DNA of 64,000 bases. It comes from Thermoflexales bacterium. GTDB lineage: Bacteria > Chloroflexota > Anaerolineae > J036 > Brachytrichaceae. Both the position numbers and the translations under genes were made by a program. The stretch spans positions 42,345-106,344 of the forward strand of contig JBKBID010000003.1 of NCBI GenBank assembly GCA_046299515.1. Direction: 5' to 3'. This document shows positions 49,166 through 59,060 of this stretch, piece by piece (position 1 is the first letter of the stretch; the number at the start of each line of letters is the position of its first letter). The notes beneath the pieces were generated by a model. The model searched no databases and had not been told where the DNA came from. It worked only from the letters and a program-made list of their open reading frames with translations.

Positions 49166-51724
49166 TCATTCTGAATCGAGAAGGACGAGCGGGAGAAAGG
49201 CGCGTGGCCCGAATGCGTTGTCCGCGTAGGTGGTTGTCCAAATGCGCGGTGCGCGCCCGTTGCTGCGGTCAATCAAAGCGACGATAAAACGTCGAGCTAC
49301 TGGGTCAAAAACTGCGCTGCCGGCGCTGTCGCCTTCATACCAGATGTTGCGGTAATGATCGGACGGCGTCCATTTGCTATCCGACTTGAGTGTGTGGGTG
49401 AAGGCGATCGCGCCGTCTTGCACCATTGCAGCCACAAATGCGCCCTCGTTGCTGCCATTTCCACTGAGGAGAGAGGGAAAGACAACCATCACTTGCCCTT
49501 GTGCTCCCAAAGCAAGCGTGGGGCGTGTGCGCGCGCTGGCGGTGTTCGTGGTGGTTTGGCCCACCCTGAGCGGCGCGCTCCACGTCGCGCCTTGGTCGGT
49601 GGAATGAGCGTAGAGGGCATAGCCATCCAGCGGCCATGTCCGATTCGGAACGCGACGCTGGCAGCCAGCCCATGTCACATGCAGGACGCCGGACTGGTCC
49701 ACCTTCAAGGCGGGCGCGTAGTTCGGACACCACGTCACGTTTTGGGGCTGATCAATGCGGTGGTAACTCCAGCCGTCCGTGGCCTCTAGCCTGTGGCGGG
49801 CTAGCATGAGGAGCGTCTCACTGCTGCTGGGTTGCGGCTGTTCCCAGGCAACGTAGACGTGGCTCGCATCTACTGCTAGCGCGAAAGGAATTTGCCATCT
49901 GTTCGCCATTGGTGTAGTGAGCACCGCTGTCTCTGTGACCCAGCCGCTGCCGGTGTTCCATGTGGCGTAGAGCTGCGCGCTGCGATCTGTGCGGTTGTAG
50001 CGCGTCCAACCGACAGCGAGGGTTTGTCCGAAGGTGGCTATTGTCGCCAACATCTCGTCGCCGGTGATCACTCGGCTCAGCGCAATTGGCGGAAGCCAAG
50101 TCGTGTCGCTCAGCACCGAGTAGAAGACGCGCGTGCCGCGCGGCCACAGGGAGTCGCTCCACACAGCATGTAGGCGTCCATCCTGCGTGAAGGCGATCCC
50201 GCCGCTGCCGACGCTCAGCGAACCACCAACTCGCACGGCAGTGGGCAGCGCCATGGGCAAGGACCACTTCGTGGGCGAGATCATTTGGCTGAGGTACAGG
50301 TTGGGCGCTCCTTTGCCCTGGTCGGTGAATAGCGCCCAAGTTTGTCCTCCATGGCTGGCCAGCACGGGATACATCTGGTAAGGCAAGCGCGCAGGCTGAG
50401 TGTTGAGCTGAACAGCGTTCGTGATGCTATCGTACTTCCAGGTAGCAATGTAGACGTCGGCCTGCCCGTTGCGCGCATCTTGCCAGACCAAACGTGCGCC
50501 TGAGGAAGTGGCGTATAGCGCGGGCGAGGTTTGCGCACCCGGCTGAGTGATGGGAGTAGGTATTTCCGTCCAAGCGCTGGCTTTCCACCACAGGCGACGG
50601 GCAGCGTAAATATCGGCGTTGGCGCTGCCGTTGCGGTAGTCCTGCCAAGCGACGCCCACTCCTACGGTGCCACCGCCAACAACGATGGTTGGGTTGACGC
50701 TGCGCACGTTGCGCGGGGCGCTGTCTACGCGCTCGGGCGTTTCCCACTTCGTGCCGTTCCAGCGGGCCGCGTAGATGTCAGGTGGGGCAGTGGGAGAGCC
50801 GGCACGATGCTCCCAAACCACGTAGATTGAACCGTCAGGGGCATGGGCGACGGCAGGTTTGGTCGCTGCATCGCGCGGGCCAGGTGCGTTGCCGTCGAGT
50901 CGGTGGTTCACGCGCATGTTAGCGCCCCACGTCTGACCGCCATCGTTGGAGATGCTGGCGTAGATGCGCGGGTAGTTCAGGCCGGCCTCGCGCGTGTCTT
51001 CCCAGACAATAACGACCTGGTTGTTGTAGCGGCTGATGACAGGGTGCCGTTGGGTGTTGGTGGGAACGGCGTCGTCGTTGACTCGCACCGGCGTTGAGCA
51101 GTGCACCGGCGTGACGCTGCCGTCGCAGCGGGCCGCGTAAATGTCGCCCGGCCGAAGGCCGTTGGCACTTCGCTCCCTGAAATCTGTCCACACCAAGTTA
51201 AATTCGCCGTCAGCGTCGCCGGCGAGGCGCGGTCGTTGTGCCACCTCGTCCCATGCGCTCGCGGTGACCACTTCGCTGGTGGTGATTTGGAAGGTGTTGG
51301 AAATGAGTATTTGCGAGATATACAGTTGTTGCGCACCGCTCCACGCCACGACCGCTCGATCGCCCTTGAGCAGCACGGCAGGTTGCTTCGCTGCAGCGGG
51401 AACACGTGAAGAGGCAAAGTGGGGGGTCAGGTTTGTGATCCGTTGTTCGTGGATAACCTGGCTCCCTATTAGATAAGCAGCGTAGATGTCGGGCAGGGCG
51501 TTGCGCGAGTCAGTCCAGACAACAAGCGCGGCGTTGCCGTCTGCTGCGACAGCCGGCTCACTCTGCAAGGTGGCGCGGTCGTCCACAGTGAGGGGGGTCA
51601 GCGCCGTCCACTGAAAGTCAAGCGGGGCGAGTGGACCGGCATGGGTGGCGTGCACTGCATATGCCGTATAAGCCACCCCCAACACAAGGGCCAGCCAAGC
51701 TCTGAAGCGGACGTTTCGTGCCAT
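49166..51724 (-). CDS. Large secreted beta-propeller repeat protein with Asp-boxes and C-terminal FLPLVL motif
   Basis: Signal peptide; more than 10 blades of type VW.D.R....DIY; SNDGGQTW and STDQGATW Asp-boxes; ends GPRAFLPLVLLDSE; GAGGTGAG SD. Confidence 0.8.
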   Translation of the reverse strand: MARNVRFRAWLALVLGVAYTAYAVHATHAGPLAPLDFQWTALTPLTVDDRATLQSEPAVAADGNAALVVWTDSRNALPDIYAAYLIGSQVIHEQRITNLTPHFASSRVPAAAKQPAVLLKGDRAVVAWSGAQQLYISQILISNTFQITTSEVVTASAWDEVAQRPRLAGDADGEFNLVWTDFRERSANGLRPGDIYAARCDGSVTPVHCSTPVRVNDDAVPTNTQRHPVISRYNNQVVIVWEDTREAGLNYPRIYASISNDGGQTWGANMRVNHRLDGNAPGPRDAATKPAVAHAPDGSIYVVWEHRAGSPTAPPDIYAARWNGTKWETPERVDSAPRNVRSVNPTIVVGGGTVGVGVAWQDYRNGSANADIYAARRLWWKASAWTEIPTPITQPGAQTSPALYATSSGARLVWQDARNGQADVYIATWKYDSITNAVQLNTQPARLPYQMYPVLASHGGQTWALFTDQGKGAPNLYLSQMISPTKWSLPMALPTAVRVGGSLSVGSGGIAFTQDGRLHAVWSDSLWPRGTRVFYSVLSDTTWLPPIALSRVITGDEMLATIATFGQTLAVGWTRYNRTDRSAQLYATWNTGSGWVTETAVLTTPMANRWQIPFALAVDASHVYVAWEQPQPSSSETLLMLARHRLEATDGWSYHRIDQPQNVTWCPNYAPALKVDQSGVLHVTWAGCQRRVPNRTWPLDGYALYAHSTDQGATWSAPLRVGQTTTNTASARTRPTLALGAQGQVMVVFPSLLSGNGSNEGAFVAAMVQDGAIAFTHTLKSDSKWTPSDHYRNIWYEGDSAGSAVFDPVARRFIVALIDRSNGRAPRIWTTTYADNAFGPRAFLPLVLLDSE

Positions 51725-51728
51725 AGTC

Positions 51729-53189
51729 TCACCTCTGCACAGCAATGCCCATCCTGCGGGAGAAGCGGAAGCCGGGGAAGATGATGCTTTCGATCTGCTC
51801 TTGAGAGACGCCCATGCGCGCAGCGAGCACGTCGGCGATGACGAGGCGGTAGTCCGTTGTGATGCGCAAGCCATGGTTAAAGCCAAAGTGCGATAGGCCC
51901 GGCCATTCGCCGTAGATGCCGGCGTTGATGTTAGGGTTGCCGTACTCCCCGCCGCTGCCGATCACCAGCATCACGTTGCCGCTGCCGTGGTCGGTGCCGG
52001 CGCTGTCGTTCTGGTACAGCACACGGCCGAACTCGCTCAGCACAATGATCACGTAGCGCCCGCGCCACTGTGGGTCGGCGTTCATATCGTCGCAGAACGC
52101 TTTCAGGTTGTTCGCCAGGTTGGTGATCAAGCGCGGGAAGCGGTTGTTGCCGTTCCAATCCATCGTGCCCTGGTTGTCGTGCGTGTCATAGCCGCCGCCC
52201 ACGTCAATGGCCGCCACGCGCAGCGGATTGCTCAGCGAAGCCTTTGCGATTTGTGCGACGGTTTGTAGCGAGCGCGCAAAGTTCCCACCGTCCGGCACGT
52301 GTGAATTGTCGTTGACGTAGCTGGCTGCCGGCGTGTAGGTGGTGGCAAACACGTTGGCCAGCGCGTCATAGGCTTGGAAGGCATATCGCCCCACCGACTC
52401 GATAAAGGCGTTGCCGCGCTGGAACATCGGCTCGAGCAGGTTGCGCTGCGCCTGCACCAGCGCCTGTCGCGTTGCGTCCGGCATCCACGTTTGTGTGCGC
52501 CACTGCGGGCCAAAGTCTTTAGGGTCCGGCACGTTGATCGAACTGCGACCGGTGGGCGAAATCAGCGAGGGGGCAGGGTTCCACTGCGGCGCGACGGCCA
52601 GCGCGTCGTTTGGCTCGCCGATGGCGTCCAGGTAGCGCGACAGCCAACCGCCGCTGGCCAGGTTGTTCTTGCCGCCCATGTCCACATACAGCTCGGTGTC
52701 GAAGTGCGAGCCGGTCACATCTGGCGAGCCAGCAGCGTGCACGATTGCCAGGTCGCCGCGCTGATACAGCGCATACAAGCCGCCGCTGTCGCTGATGTGC
52801 GAGTTGGGCACATTGACGCCGCTGGCGCCGCGCGCCGCGTCGGGGTGCAGGCCAAAGCGCCCGTCCAGGTCAATTGCCTTGCGCGTCTCAGAGGAGTTTG
52901 GCGGCGGGATGTGCAGCGTGGGGCGGAGCACGTTGTAATACTGGCGGCGGTCCTTGTCGCTGGTGTTAAACGGCACCACCAGGTTTAGCCCATCCAAGCC
53001 GCCGCGCACGAACACCAGCACCAGCAAATCGCGGTTATTGGGCGGCGGGTCATTCGGGGCGAAAGGGCGCGCCGCATGAGCCGGCTTGGGGAGCTGCGAG
53101 TCGAAGATCAGATTTGTCAGGCCGAAGCCACGCACGGCTGCCACCGCCGCGAAGCTGGCGCAGCCTTTTAGGAAATCTCTTCTTCTCAT
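51729..53189 (-). CDS. DUF1501 family protein with Tat signal
   Basis: MRRRDFLKG; VFVRGGLDGLN.VVP, SHFD, GGYDTH..QG, SEFGR, GTDHG.G, TTDYR. Confidence 0.92.
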   Translation of the reverse strand: MRRRDFLKGCASFAAVAAVRGFGLTNLIFDSQLPKPAHAARPFAPNDPPPNNRDLLVLVFVRGGLDGLNLVVPFNTSDKDRRQYYNVLRPTLHIPPPNSSETRKAIDLDGRFGLHPDAARGASGVNVPNSHISDSGGLYALYQRGDLAIVHAAGSPDVTGSHFDTELYVDMGGKNNLASGGWLSRYLDAIGEPNDALAVAPQWNPAPSLISPTGRSSINVPDPKDFGPQWRTQTWMPDATRQALVQAQRNLLEPMFQRGNAFIESVGRYAFQAYDALANVFATTYTPAASYVNDNSHVPDGGNFARSLQTVAQIAKASLSNPLRVAAIDVGGGYDTHDNQGTMDWNGNNRFPRLITNLANNLKAFCDDMNADPQWRGRYVIIVLSEFGRVLYQNDSAGTDHGSGNVMLVIGSGGEYGNPNINAGIYGEWPGLSHFGFNHGLRITTDYRLVIADVLAARMGVSQEQIESIIFPGFRFSRRMGIAVQR

Positions 53190-53250
53190 ATTTACCAGCC
53201 TTTACATAGCCAAAAGCGCTTTGCCAGCTTGACGGCGGCTATGCGCTGCA

Positions 53251-54294
53251 TCAAAACTGCTCAAGGAAGCGCAGGTCGTTTTGCCAGAAGTAACGGATGT
53301 CGCTAATGCCGAGCAGGCGCATGGCCTGGCGCTCTGGCCCCATGCCGAAGGCGAAGCCAGACCATTCAGCCGGGTCGTAGCCCCCGTTGCGCAGCACGGT
53401 GGGATGCACCATGCCCGCGCCGGCGATCTCCAGCCAGCCGGTGCCTTTGGTGATCATCCGGTCGCGCTCGGTGGCCAGCCCCCAATACACGTCCACCTCC
53501 ACGCTCGGCTCGGTGAACGGAAAGTACGAGCAGCGAAAGCGGATGCGGGCATCGCCGCCGAACATGTGGCGGGCGAATTCGGCCATCACGCCCTTCAGAT
53601 CGGCGAAGGTGATGGCGCGCCCAATGGCCAGCCCTTCGACCTGGTTGAATTGCATCTCGCTGCGCGCCGTGACCTGCTCGTAGCGATAGACCATGCCAGG
53701 CAGGATGACGCGGATGGGCCGAGCGCCGTTGGCGCCGCGCTCGCGCATCACGCGGATCTGGCCGGGCGAGGTGTGCGTGCGCAACAACACGCCGGGTTGT
53801 GTGGTGTAGAAGGTATCCCACATGTCGCGCGCGGGGTGCTCCGGCGGCATGTTGAGCAAGCCGAAGTTCATCTCGTCGGTCTCCACCTCCGGCGAGCGAT
53901 ACACCTCAAAGCCCATGCGCGCGAAGATGGCGATGATGCGCCTCAGGGTCAGCGTGCTAGGGTGCAGCCGGCCGCGCGGGATCGTTACACCAGGCAACGT
54001 CACATCGAGCGCGCCGGCTTTCATCGCCGCTTCGAGTTCTGCTTCCTTCACCGCCGCCTGTTTGGCCTCGAACGCAGCAGTGAGCGCCTGCTTCACCTCA
54101 TTGGCGCGCTTGCCAAAAGCCGGCCGCTCGGTCGGGCTGAGCGACGCAATCGCCGCCATCGCCTGCTCCAATTCACCCTTGGCGCGTTTGGTGCCGAAGT
54201 ACTTGCCGTGCCAAGCCTGCAACGCCTCGCCGGTGTCGGCTTGCGCCAGCGCCGCCAGCGCTTCGCGTTCGAGTGCGTCGAGTGATGCATCCAT
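53251..54294 (-). CDS. pheS: Phenylalanine-tRNA ligase alpha subunit
   Basis: G.LHP, HPARDMWDTFY, LRTHTSPGQ, FPFTEPS, GFAFGMG.ER; pheT not adjacent. Confidence 0.98.
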   Translation of the reverse strand: MDASLDALEREALAALAQADTGEALQAWHGKYFGTKRAKGELEQAMAAIASLSPTERPAFGKRANEVKQALTAAFEAKQAAVKEAELEAAMKAGALDVTLPGVTIPRGRLHPSTLTLRRIIAIFARMGFEVYRSPEVETDEMNFGLLNMPPEHPARDMWDTFYTTQPGVLLRTHTSPGQIRVMRERGANGARPIRVILPGMVYRYEQVTARSEMQFNQVEGLAIGRAITFADLKGVMAEFARHMFGGDARIRFRCSYFPFTEPSVEVDVYWGLATERDRMITKGTGWLEIAGAGMVHPTVLRNGGYDPAEWSGFAFGMGPERQAMRLLGISDIRYFWQNDLRFLEQF

Positions 54295-54340
54295 GTGCTC
54301 GGCGCGGATTATAGCCAAGCGGGTTGATCACGCCGCGACG

Positions 54341-54913
54341 CTACAGCTTGGCGTAGAGAAACCAGAACTTGTCGGCCGGCGCAGCCGGGGCCAGCTCCGG
54401 CTCCCAAATGAACGCGCCGGGCTTGAAGCGCATGCGCAGTCGGCCGTCCAACAGGCGCAGCCGCGAGAGCTGATCGCTCAACTGCGCCACATCGTCCTTG
54501 AGCAATTCCAGCCGGAAGCGCGCATGCACGCGCTCCGCATAGCCGGAGCGCGGCGCGTTATACGGCTCGGATCGCGCAGTGGCCTCCTGTCGGTCGTTGA
54601 GGAACATCTCCCAACTGTCCAGGCGACTCCTGAACTCGCGTCGCGCCTTGTTCTGATATAGGTCAGGGATGCGATGGCGCACTTTGCGCACCGCCGCCTG
54701 CGCAGAGGCAAGCACATCGCCGATTTCGTCGGGATAGGCCTCGCGCAACGCGCTCAACCGCCACGCGGTCTCCAGCCATGCGCCGATGGTGAGCTGCGGC
54801 ATTTGCATCCCGTCCACGCTGCCGACGGGGTAGAAGAGCACTTCGGCGTGCAGGTAATCATCCATTTGTTCCGCCGCTACGCGCGCAAAGGTGAGATCGT
54901 GCTTCAGGTTCAT
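54341..54913 (-). CDS. Hypothetical protein (190 aa)
   Basis: Clean ORF with ATGA coupling to the upstream ResB-like gene; MPQLTIG and FIWE...FWFLY segments. Confidence 0.75.
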   Translation of the reverse strand: MNLKHDLTFARVAAEQMDDYLHAEVLFYPVGSVDGMQMPQLTIGAWLETAWRLSALREAYPDEIGDVLASAQAAVRKVRHRIPDLYQNKARREFRSRLDSWEMFLNDRQEATARSEPYNAPRSGYAERVHARFRLELLKDDVAQLSDQLSRLRLLDGRLRMRFKPGAFIWEPELAPAAPADKFWFLYAKL

Positions 54914-56211
54914 GATGGACTTGCTTCGCGGCGGGATTCGGCCAAGCGCGCCGCCTCATGCCGACTGTAGCGCCCGCCGGCGTAGAACTCCGTCCACTCC
55001 CCCCGGCGGCAGATGAGGAGGCGCTGCATGGGGTAGATCAGGCTGCCAATCATGCCGACCAGCGTCGCCGCCAGACCCAGCTGCCACAACAGGTCGCCGG
55101 GCGCGTAGCGCACATCTATCATCGCGCCCTGCGCCGGCTTGAAACGGAACTCGGCATCGCCGATGACCAGCGTCGGCTGAACCGTCGTGTCGGTGATGAC
55201 CTCGCCCGAGGGTATGACAAACGCGCGCAGCCGAACCGGTTGGCCGGCGGAATCCGAGGCCGTCAGCGCCAGCGCCAACTGCGCCTCCGGCACGGCGATG
55301 TAGCGCTCCGGCTCCTCGGCGCCGAGCGTGACCAGCAACTCCGTCGTGGGTGAGACGAAGTTTGAAGCGCGGATGAGCAGCGGCTTAGCTTCTGAGCTCG
55401 TCGCGCTTAGGCGATAGCCGGGCACGATTCGATTGAGCGCAAGGTTCAAGCCGGCGACGCGAGCTTGCCCGCCCTCCTGGAGCGTTACAGCGGCGTCATT
55501 CGGTTGCAACACAATCGTGACGCTTGCGGAATCAACGGCCGCATCATCCAGGGTGATCGCATAACCATCGCGCAGCAGCGTTGATGCGCCGGCGACGGCC
55601 ATCTTGTTTGTCGCCTCCCAGCCGGCGACCAGGTTGAGCGACAAGCCAACCGCTGCGAAAACTAAGCCCAGGTGTAGCGCGGCAGACGCCAGCTCTGCCC
55701 ATGGGGCGCGGTCGGCGACCAACACGTCGTCGCTGTGCCGGAGCACGCGATAGCGCCGGGCGCGCAGCCGGTCGGCGAGGTCGGCCAGCGGCGGCGCGTT
55801 CAAGGTCACGCGGGCGCGCCGTTCGTCGCGCAGCTCACCGTCGCGCCCGCCGCGCCACACCTCCGCCAGCCGAACCAGACGGTCGGCGAGGCGCAGGCCC
55901 GCTATTGGCATTAACGCAGCCAGCGCCATCCGCCACCAGGTCGCCTGCGCGACGTTATTGAGGCCCAGGCCGTTCAGGAGCGCATACAGCGCACCCTCGC
56001 GCTGCTTGGCTTCCGCTTCCCAGCGGCTGTAAGCTACCGGATCCGAGACGCCGGCCGACGGCTGCTGCGGCAAGATCACAGTCGCAATTAAGCCAGCGGC
56101 GACGACCGCACATAGCGCAATCAGCAGCGCATCGTGAGTCAGCAGCCGCCACAATGCGCGCCATGGATCACGGTCTTCTATGGGATCGGCGGGATCAGCC
56201 CAAACGGTCAT
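54910..56211 (-). CDS. ResB/Ccs1-like cytochrome c biogenesis membrane protein (divergent)
   Basis: TM-LPQ-loop-GL.NV...WW-TM architecture, conserved His in ALHLGL, large extracytoplasmic domain, C-terminal PG...G...G TM. Confidence 0.65.
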   Translation of the reverse strand: MTVWADPADPIEDRDPWRALWRLLTHDALLIALCAVVAAGLIATVILPQQPSAGVSDPVAYSRWEAEAKQREGALYALLNGLGLNNVAQATWWRMALAALMPIAGLRLADRLVRLAEVWRGGRDGELRDERRARVTLNAPPLADLADRLRARRYRVLRHSDDVLVADRAPWAELASAALHLGLVFAAVGLSLNLVAGWEATNKMAVAGASTLLRDGYAITLDDAAVDSASVTIVLQPNDAAVTLQEGGQARVAGLNLALNRIVPGYRLSATSSEAKPLLIRASNFVSPTTELLVTLGAEEPERYIAVPEAQLALALTASDSAGQPVRLRAFVIPSGEVITDTTVQPTLVIGDAEFRFKPAQGAMIDVRYAPGDLLWQLGLAATLVGMIGSLIYPMQRLLICRRGEWTEFYAGGRYSRHEAARLAESRREASPS

Positions 56212-56419
56212 GTGCAAGTTACGAGATGTTAACCTTTCTCATGCTCGATTATTCACGTCGGCTTCAGCCTCGTCTAAAGTCATTGGTGATGATCGAGCGT
56301 GGGAATCGCCGGCAATTTGGCCGGCGGCTTGAAGCTGGATTATAGATATGCGCGCTGCTCGACGCGCGATGGCGACTTCGCCGTCGGGCAGCCTTAAACT
56401 TTGAGGTAAACGAAAGATC

Positions 56420-57652
56420 ATGAAGAACAAACGACTGCTTTCGATCATCGCAGCGACGGCCATTTTGCTGTCGGGCTGCGGCTCGATCCCATCACTTGCG
56501 CGTTCGCTGGCCGATGAGGCCGAGGCGCGCGCCGCAGCCTTAACGCGCAGCGGCGAAACGGGGACGATCACACCGGTGATCAACGCGCCGGTCGTCATCC
56601 AACCCACGCCAACGGCGATACCTGCCGCTGCTCGCGCCAGATTCGACGAAGAGGAAGCCGTGCTCATCAACCTCTATGAGCGCGTCAACCGCGCGGTGGT
56701 CTCGATTTCCGTGCAACGCAACACCGGCAGCGGGTTCATCGGCGCAGGGGCGGGATCGGGCTTTGTGATTGACACAGCCGGTTACATCGTCACGAACAAC
56801 CACGTCGTGGATGGCGCAGATCGGATCAACGTCATCTTCTCCGACGGCACGCGCGCGCGCGCCGAGCTGGTCGGCACCGACCCCTACAGCGACCTGGCGT
56901 TGCTGAAGGTGAATCGCCCGGCGGAGCGGCTGACGGCAGTCGAATTGGCCGACTCGGATGAAGTCAAGGTGGGTCAGCGCGTGGTCGCCATCGGCAACCC
57001 GTTCGGACTGGCCGGCACCATGACGCTGGGCATTGTGAGCGCGCGCGGGCGCGTGCTGCCCGAAGCGTCGTCCAGCGGCCAAGGGTCGTTCTCCAACCCG
57101 GACATCATTCAGACTGACGCGGCGATCAATCCGGGCAACTCCGGCGGGCCGCTGCTCGATACGCGCGGCCGAGTGATCGGCGTGAACACGGCGATCCGAA
57201 CCAACAATCAAGTTGGGTTCGGCCAGCCGGCCAACAGCGGCGTGGGCTTCGCCGTGCCCTCGAACACGGTCAAGCGAGTGGTGCGGGCATTGCTCGAAGA
57301 GGGGCGCGTGCGCTATCCCTACCTCGGCATCCAGGGCGCGTTCAGCTTGGCCGAGGTCGGCGACCAGTTCGACCTGCCGATCGAGCGCGGCGTCGTGGTG
57401 GGCGGCGTGGTGGAGCGCGGGCCTGTCGCGCGCGCAGGGCTGCGCGGCTCAACCATCAGCCGCAGCACCGGCCAGATCATCAGCCTGGGCGACATCATCC
57501 TGGCGTTCAACGGCCAGCCGATCAGCAACTATGAGGAGTTGATCGCGCTGCTGGTCAAGAACCATCAGCCTGGCGACCGCGTCACACTGACGGTATGGCG
57601 CGACGGCCGGCAACTCGACCTCACCGTGACGCTGGGCGAGCGGCCGCGATAA
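56420..57652 (+). CDS. HtrA/DegP-like S1C serine protease lipoprotein with one PDZ domain
   Basis: Lipobox LLSGC; TNNHVV, DLALLK, QTDAAINPGNSGGPL; PDZ GDIILAFNG. Confidence 0.95.
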   Translation: MKNKRLLSIIAATAILLSGCGSIPSLARSLADEAEARAAALTRSGETGTITPVINAPVVIQPTPTAIPAAARARFDEEEAVLINLYERVNRAVVSISVQRNTGSGFIGAGAGSGFVIDTAGYIVTNNHVVDGADRINVIFSDGTRARAELVGTDPYSDLALLKVNRPAERLTAVELADSDEVKVGQRVVAIGNPFGLAGTMTLGIVSARGRVLPEASSSGQGSFSNPDIIQTDAAINPGNSGGPLLDTRGRVIGVNTAIRTNNQVGFGQPANSGVGFAVPSNTVKRVVRALLEEGRVRYPYLGIQGAFSLAEVGDQFDLPIERGVVVGGVVERGPVARAGLRGSTISRSTGQIISLGDIILAFNGQPISNYEELIALLVKNHQPGDRVTLTVWRDGRQLDLTVTLGERPR

Positions 57653-57682
57653 GGGCGCAACGCCAAACGCGCGAAAGCATAC

Positions 57683-57720
57683 AGAACCCCCGACTCCCTA
57701 TTAAAGAAGCCGGGGGTTCT
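57683..57720. terminator. Inverted repeat between convergent htrA and MFS genes
   Basis: AGAACCCCCG-18 nt-CGGGGGTTCT followed by TCTT. Confidence 0.7.
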
Positions 57721-57730
57721 TCTTCACCGT

Positions 57731-58996
57731 TCAACCCTCAAACCGGCGCACTGTGGGCGTCTTCAGGTTAGTCGCGGCATAGGTCGCCAGACACGCCAAG
57801 CCGCCGAAAAGCGCCGCCGTCGGCGCGCCCCACGTCTGCGCAATCCAGCCGATCAACAGGCTACCGAACGGCGCGACGCCTTGGAGCGCCCACAAGTAGG
57901 TGCTGATCACGCGGCCGCGCAGCTCGTTGGGCGTGACGAGCTGAATGATGGTGTTGCTGGTCGCCAGCGAGGTGACCGTCCCCCAGCCGAACAGCGTCAA
58001 GATCGGCAAGGTGAGCGCGATGTTGCGCGAAAGGCCGATGCCCAGCAGGGCAACGGAGAAGGCGAACTGGCCTGCCGTCAACAGGCGCCCCTTGCGACGA
58101 AAGGCGCTCAGCAGCGTGAGCATGAGCGCGGCGAGCAGCGCGCCGACGCCCTGAGCCGTCACCATGGCGCTGTTGCGCGCAGCCACTGCCGCGTCGGTGT
58201 CGCCTGGTTGCGCCAGCACATCGCGCGCAAATGCGGGGATCTGCTGGATGACCGGGAAGGCGAACAGGCCCGGCGCAGCGGCCATGACGATGATCAGCCC
58301 GATCAGCGTCGTTTGACGAATGTAGCGCTGACCTTCACGAAACTGCGCGAGCGCATCGTTCGGCGCAGCGGCGAGGGGATGTTCGCCCGCCGCTGCCGCA
58401 TCGGCCACCTTCGGATGAATCGCCAGCAGCCCCAGGATGACGACCAGGTAACTCATACCGTTGAGGAGAAACGCCCAGCCCTCGCCGCGTTCGGCGAAGA
58501 TCAACAGCAGCGGCGCGGAGAGCGCCGGGCCAACCACGCGCGCCACGTTGAACGCAGTCGAGTTCAGCGCGATCGCGTTGGGCAAGCCAGCTTTGCCGAC
58601 GATCTCGACCATCATCGCCTGGCGCGCGGTGATCTCGATCGAGTTGGCCGCGCCCAGGACGAAAGCCAGCCCAATGATCCACCAGATCGTGACGACGCCG
58701 GCGAGGGTCAGGAAGGCGAGCGCCAACGCCTGCGCCATCATCACAACCTGGAAGGCGATGACGGTTTTGCGCTTGTCGAGCCTCTCCACCCAGACGCCGC
58801 CGGGCAAAGTGAACAACAGCGAAGGCACGCTGCCGGCGACGCCGATCAAGCCGAGGTAGATCGGCTGGCCGGTGATGCGATAGGCCAGATAGGCCTGCAC
58901 CGTGGTCTGCATCCACGTGCCGATCAGCGAGATGAACTGCGTGACCCAGAAGATGCGGAAGTCGCGCGAAGCCAGCGCAGGGAAGCGAAGTCTCAT
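57731..58996 (-). CDS. MFS transporter (DUF894/EntS-like)
   Basis: RDFRIFW..QFISLIGTWMQ, NAIALNS..FN.ARVVGP, ELRGRV; about 12 TM. Confidence 0.92.
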   Translation of the reverse strand: MRLRFPALASRDFRIFWVTQFISLIGTWMQTTVQAYLAYRITGQPIYLGLIGVAGSVPSLLFTLPGGVWVERLDKRKTVIAFQVVMMAQALALAFLTLAGVVTIWWIIGLAFVLGAANSIEITARQAMMVEIVGKAGLPNAIALNSTAFNVARVVGPALSAPLLLIFAERGEGWAFLLNGMSYLVVILGLLAIHPKVADAAAAGEHPLAAAPNDALAQFREGQRYIRQTTLIGLIIVMAAAPGLFAFPVIQQIPAFARDVLAQPGDTDAAVAARNSAMVTAQGVGALLAALMLTLLSAFRRKGRLLTAGQFAFSVALLGIGLSRNIALTLPILTLFGWGTVTSLATSNTIIQLVTPNELRGRVISTYLWALQGVAPFGSLLIGWIAQTWGAPTAALFGGLACLATYAATNLKTPTVRRFEG

Positions 58997-59060
58997 CGCA
59001 GGCGCCGGCGCTATTAAACTCAATCCGCGCCGATGTGACAAACGGCGCGATAATCCTCTC

